Below, in pieces: positions 63,466 through 64,000 of a stretch of 64,000 nucleotides of DNA; the stretch's first letter is position 1, and every line of letters begins with the position of its first letter. The stretch is from positions 999-64,998 of the forward strand of contig DATKQB010000113.1 of the NCBI GenBank assembly GCA_035523795.1, given 5' to 3'. This stretch comes from Verrucomicrobiia bacterium (GTDB lineage Bacteria; Acidobacteriota; Terriglobia; Terriglobales; Acidobacteriaceae). The notes beneath the pieces were generated by a model. It saw only the letters and a program-made list of their open reading frames with translations. It was not told the DNA's origin and made no database searches. Position numbers and translations under genes: made by a program.

Positions 63466-64000
63466 ATGAGTGCGCAAAAACGTGTGCTTGTCACAGGTGC
63501 AGGCGGTTTTATCGGCCACCATCTGGTTCGCCGTTTGAAAGCCGACGGGTGCTGGGTCCGCGGCGCCGACATCAAGTCGCCGGAATATGAAGCCAGCCCT
63601 GCGGACGAGTTCGAATTGCTCGACCTGCGTGAGTTCGACAAGTGTCTGTTGGCGACGCGCGGCGGAATCGACGAAGTTTACAATCTGGCTGCCGACATGG
63701 GCGGCATCGGCTATATCACCGCGTATCATGCCGCGATCAGCCGTCACAACATTTTGATCAACGCCAACATGCTGGAAGCGGCGCGTAAGAATACCGTGCA
63801 GCGCTTCCTGTTCTCCTCCTCGGCGTGCGTCTACGCGCAGAGCAAGCAGAAGGATGCCAATGTTGCGCCACTGCGCGAAGAAGATGCTTATCCTGCCGAC
63901 CCCGAGCCAGGCTATGGCTGGGAGAAGCTCTTCGCGGAAGAACTCTGCCGCTACTATCGTCACGATTACGGATTTGAGACCCGCATTGTGCGCTTCCACA
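63466..64000 (+). CDS. NAD-dependent sugar epimerase (GDP-mannose 3,5-epimerase-like), 3' end cut by window edge
   Basis: Not in the track because it has no stop. Hand translation gives MSAQKRVLVTGAGGFIGHHLVRRLKADG...NLAADMGGIGYI...FSSSACVY...PGYGWEKLFAEE (YxxxK). Confidence 0.8.
   Translation, partial: MSAQKRVLVTGAGGFIGHHLVRRLKADGCWVRGADIKSPEYEASPADEFELLDLREFDKCLLATRGGIDEVYNLAADMGGIGYITAYHAAISRHNILINANMLEAARKNTVQRFLFSSSACVYAQSKQKDANVAPLREEDAYPADPEPGYGWEKLFAEELCRYYRHDYGFETRIVRFH

Noticed and set aside
1-64000. Searched by eye for tRNA/rRNA genes, transposases, integrases, phage genes, toxin-antitoxin pairs and defence systems
   Set aside because: No ORF shows the relevant signatures (DDE, tyrosine/serine recombinase, Cas, restriction-modification). 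No intergenic region is long or structured enough for an rRNA or tRNA. The glycan locus therefore shows no obvious mobile-element boundaries within the window.

Overview
GC-rich bacterial chromosomal segment. Gene content and the small hairpin repeat families suggest Acidobacteriota, but that is inference only.

Positions 1-26 kb hold housekeeping genes (korB/korA, accA, dnaE) mixed with envelope and signalling genes. These include a CadC-like membrane regulator, a CDP-alcohol phosphatidyltransferase plus GtrA, a large GAF/PAS hybrid histidine kinase, REC-HD-GYP, PilZ, NfeD, SIMPL, GAF-TonB_C and a LuxR-type pseudo-receiver. The nucleotide-sugar genes ugd and uxs are also here.

Positions 26-64 kb form one almost gap-free, same-strand surface-glycan locus. 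It starts with a giant secreted repeat protein, a NusG/UpxY-like antiterminator and an orphan Fis-type HTH. Next comes the export module: two tandem Wza-like exporters, a Wzz-like co-polymerase, an ExeA-like ATPase and a BY-kinase-like protein with a dead Walker A. It also encodes an acetyltransferase, an ACAD/adenylase/carrier-protein triad, the priming sugar transferase, an SxtK/SGNH/SxtJ/carbamoyltransferase cassette and a GT4. The 3' part carries a Wzx flippase, a secreted paralog, a sulfotransferase, a Wzy/O-antigen-ligase-like protein, a GT26 and a GME-like epimerase.

The most unusual feature is a three-module NRPS embedded in this locus: an A-T protein followed by a P450-C-A-T-C-A-T-TE protein, with the P450 covalently fused to the synthetase.

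I recognised no rRNA, tRNA, CRISPR array, transposase or integrase. Many long antisense ORFs in the track are GC-bias shadows.
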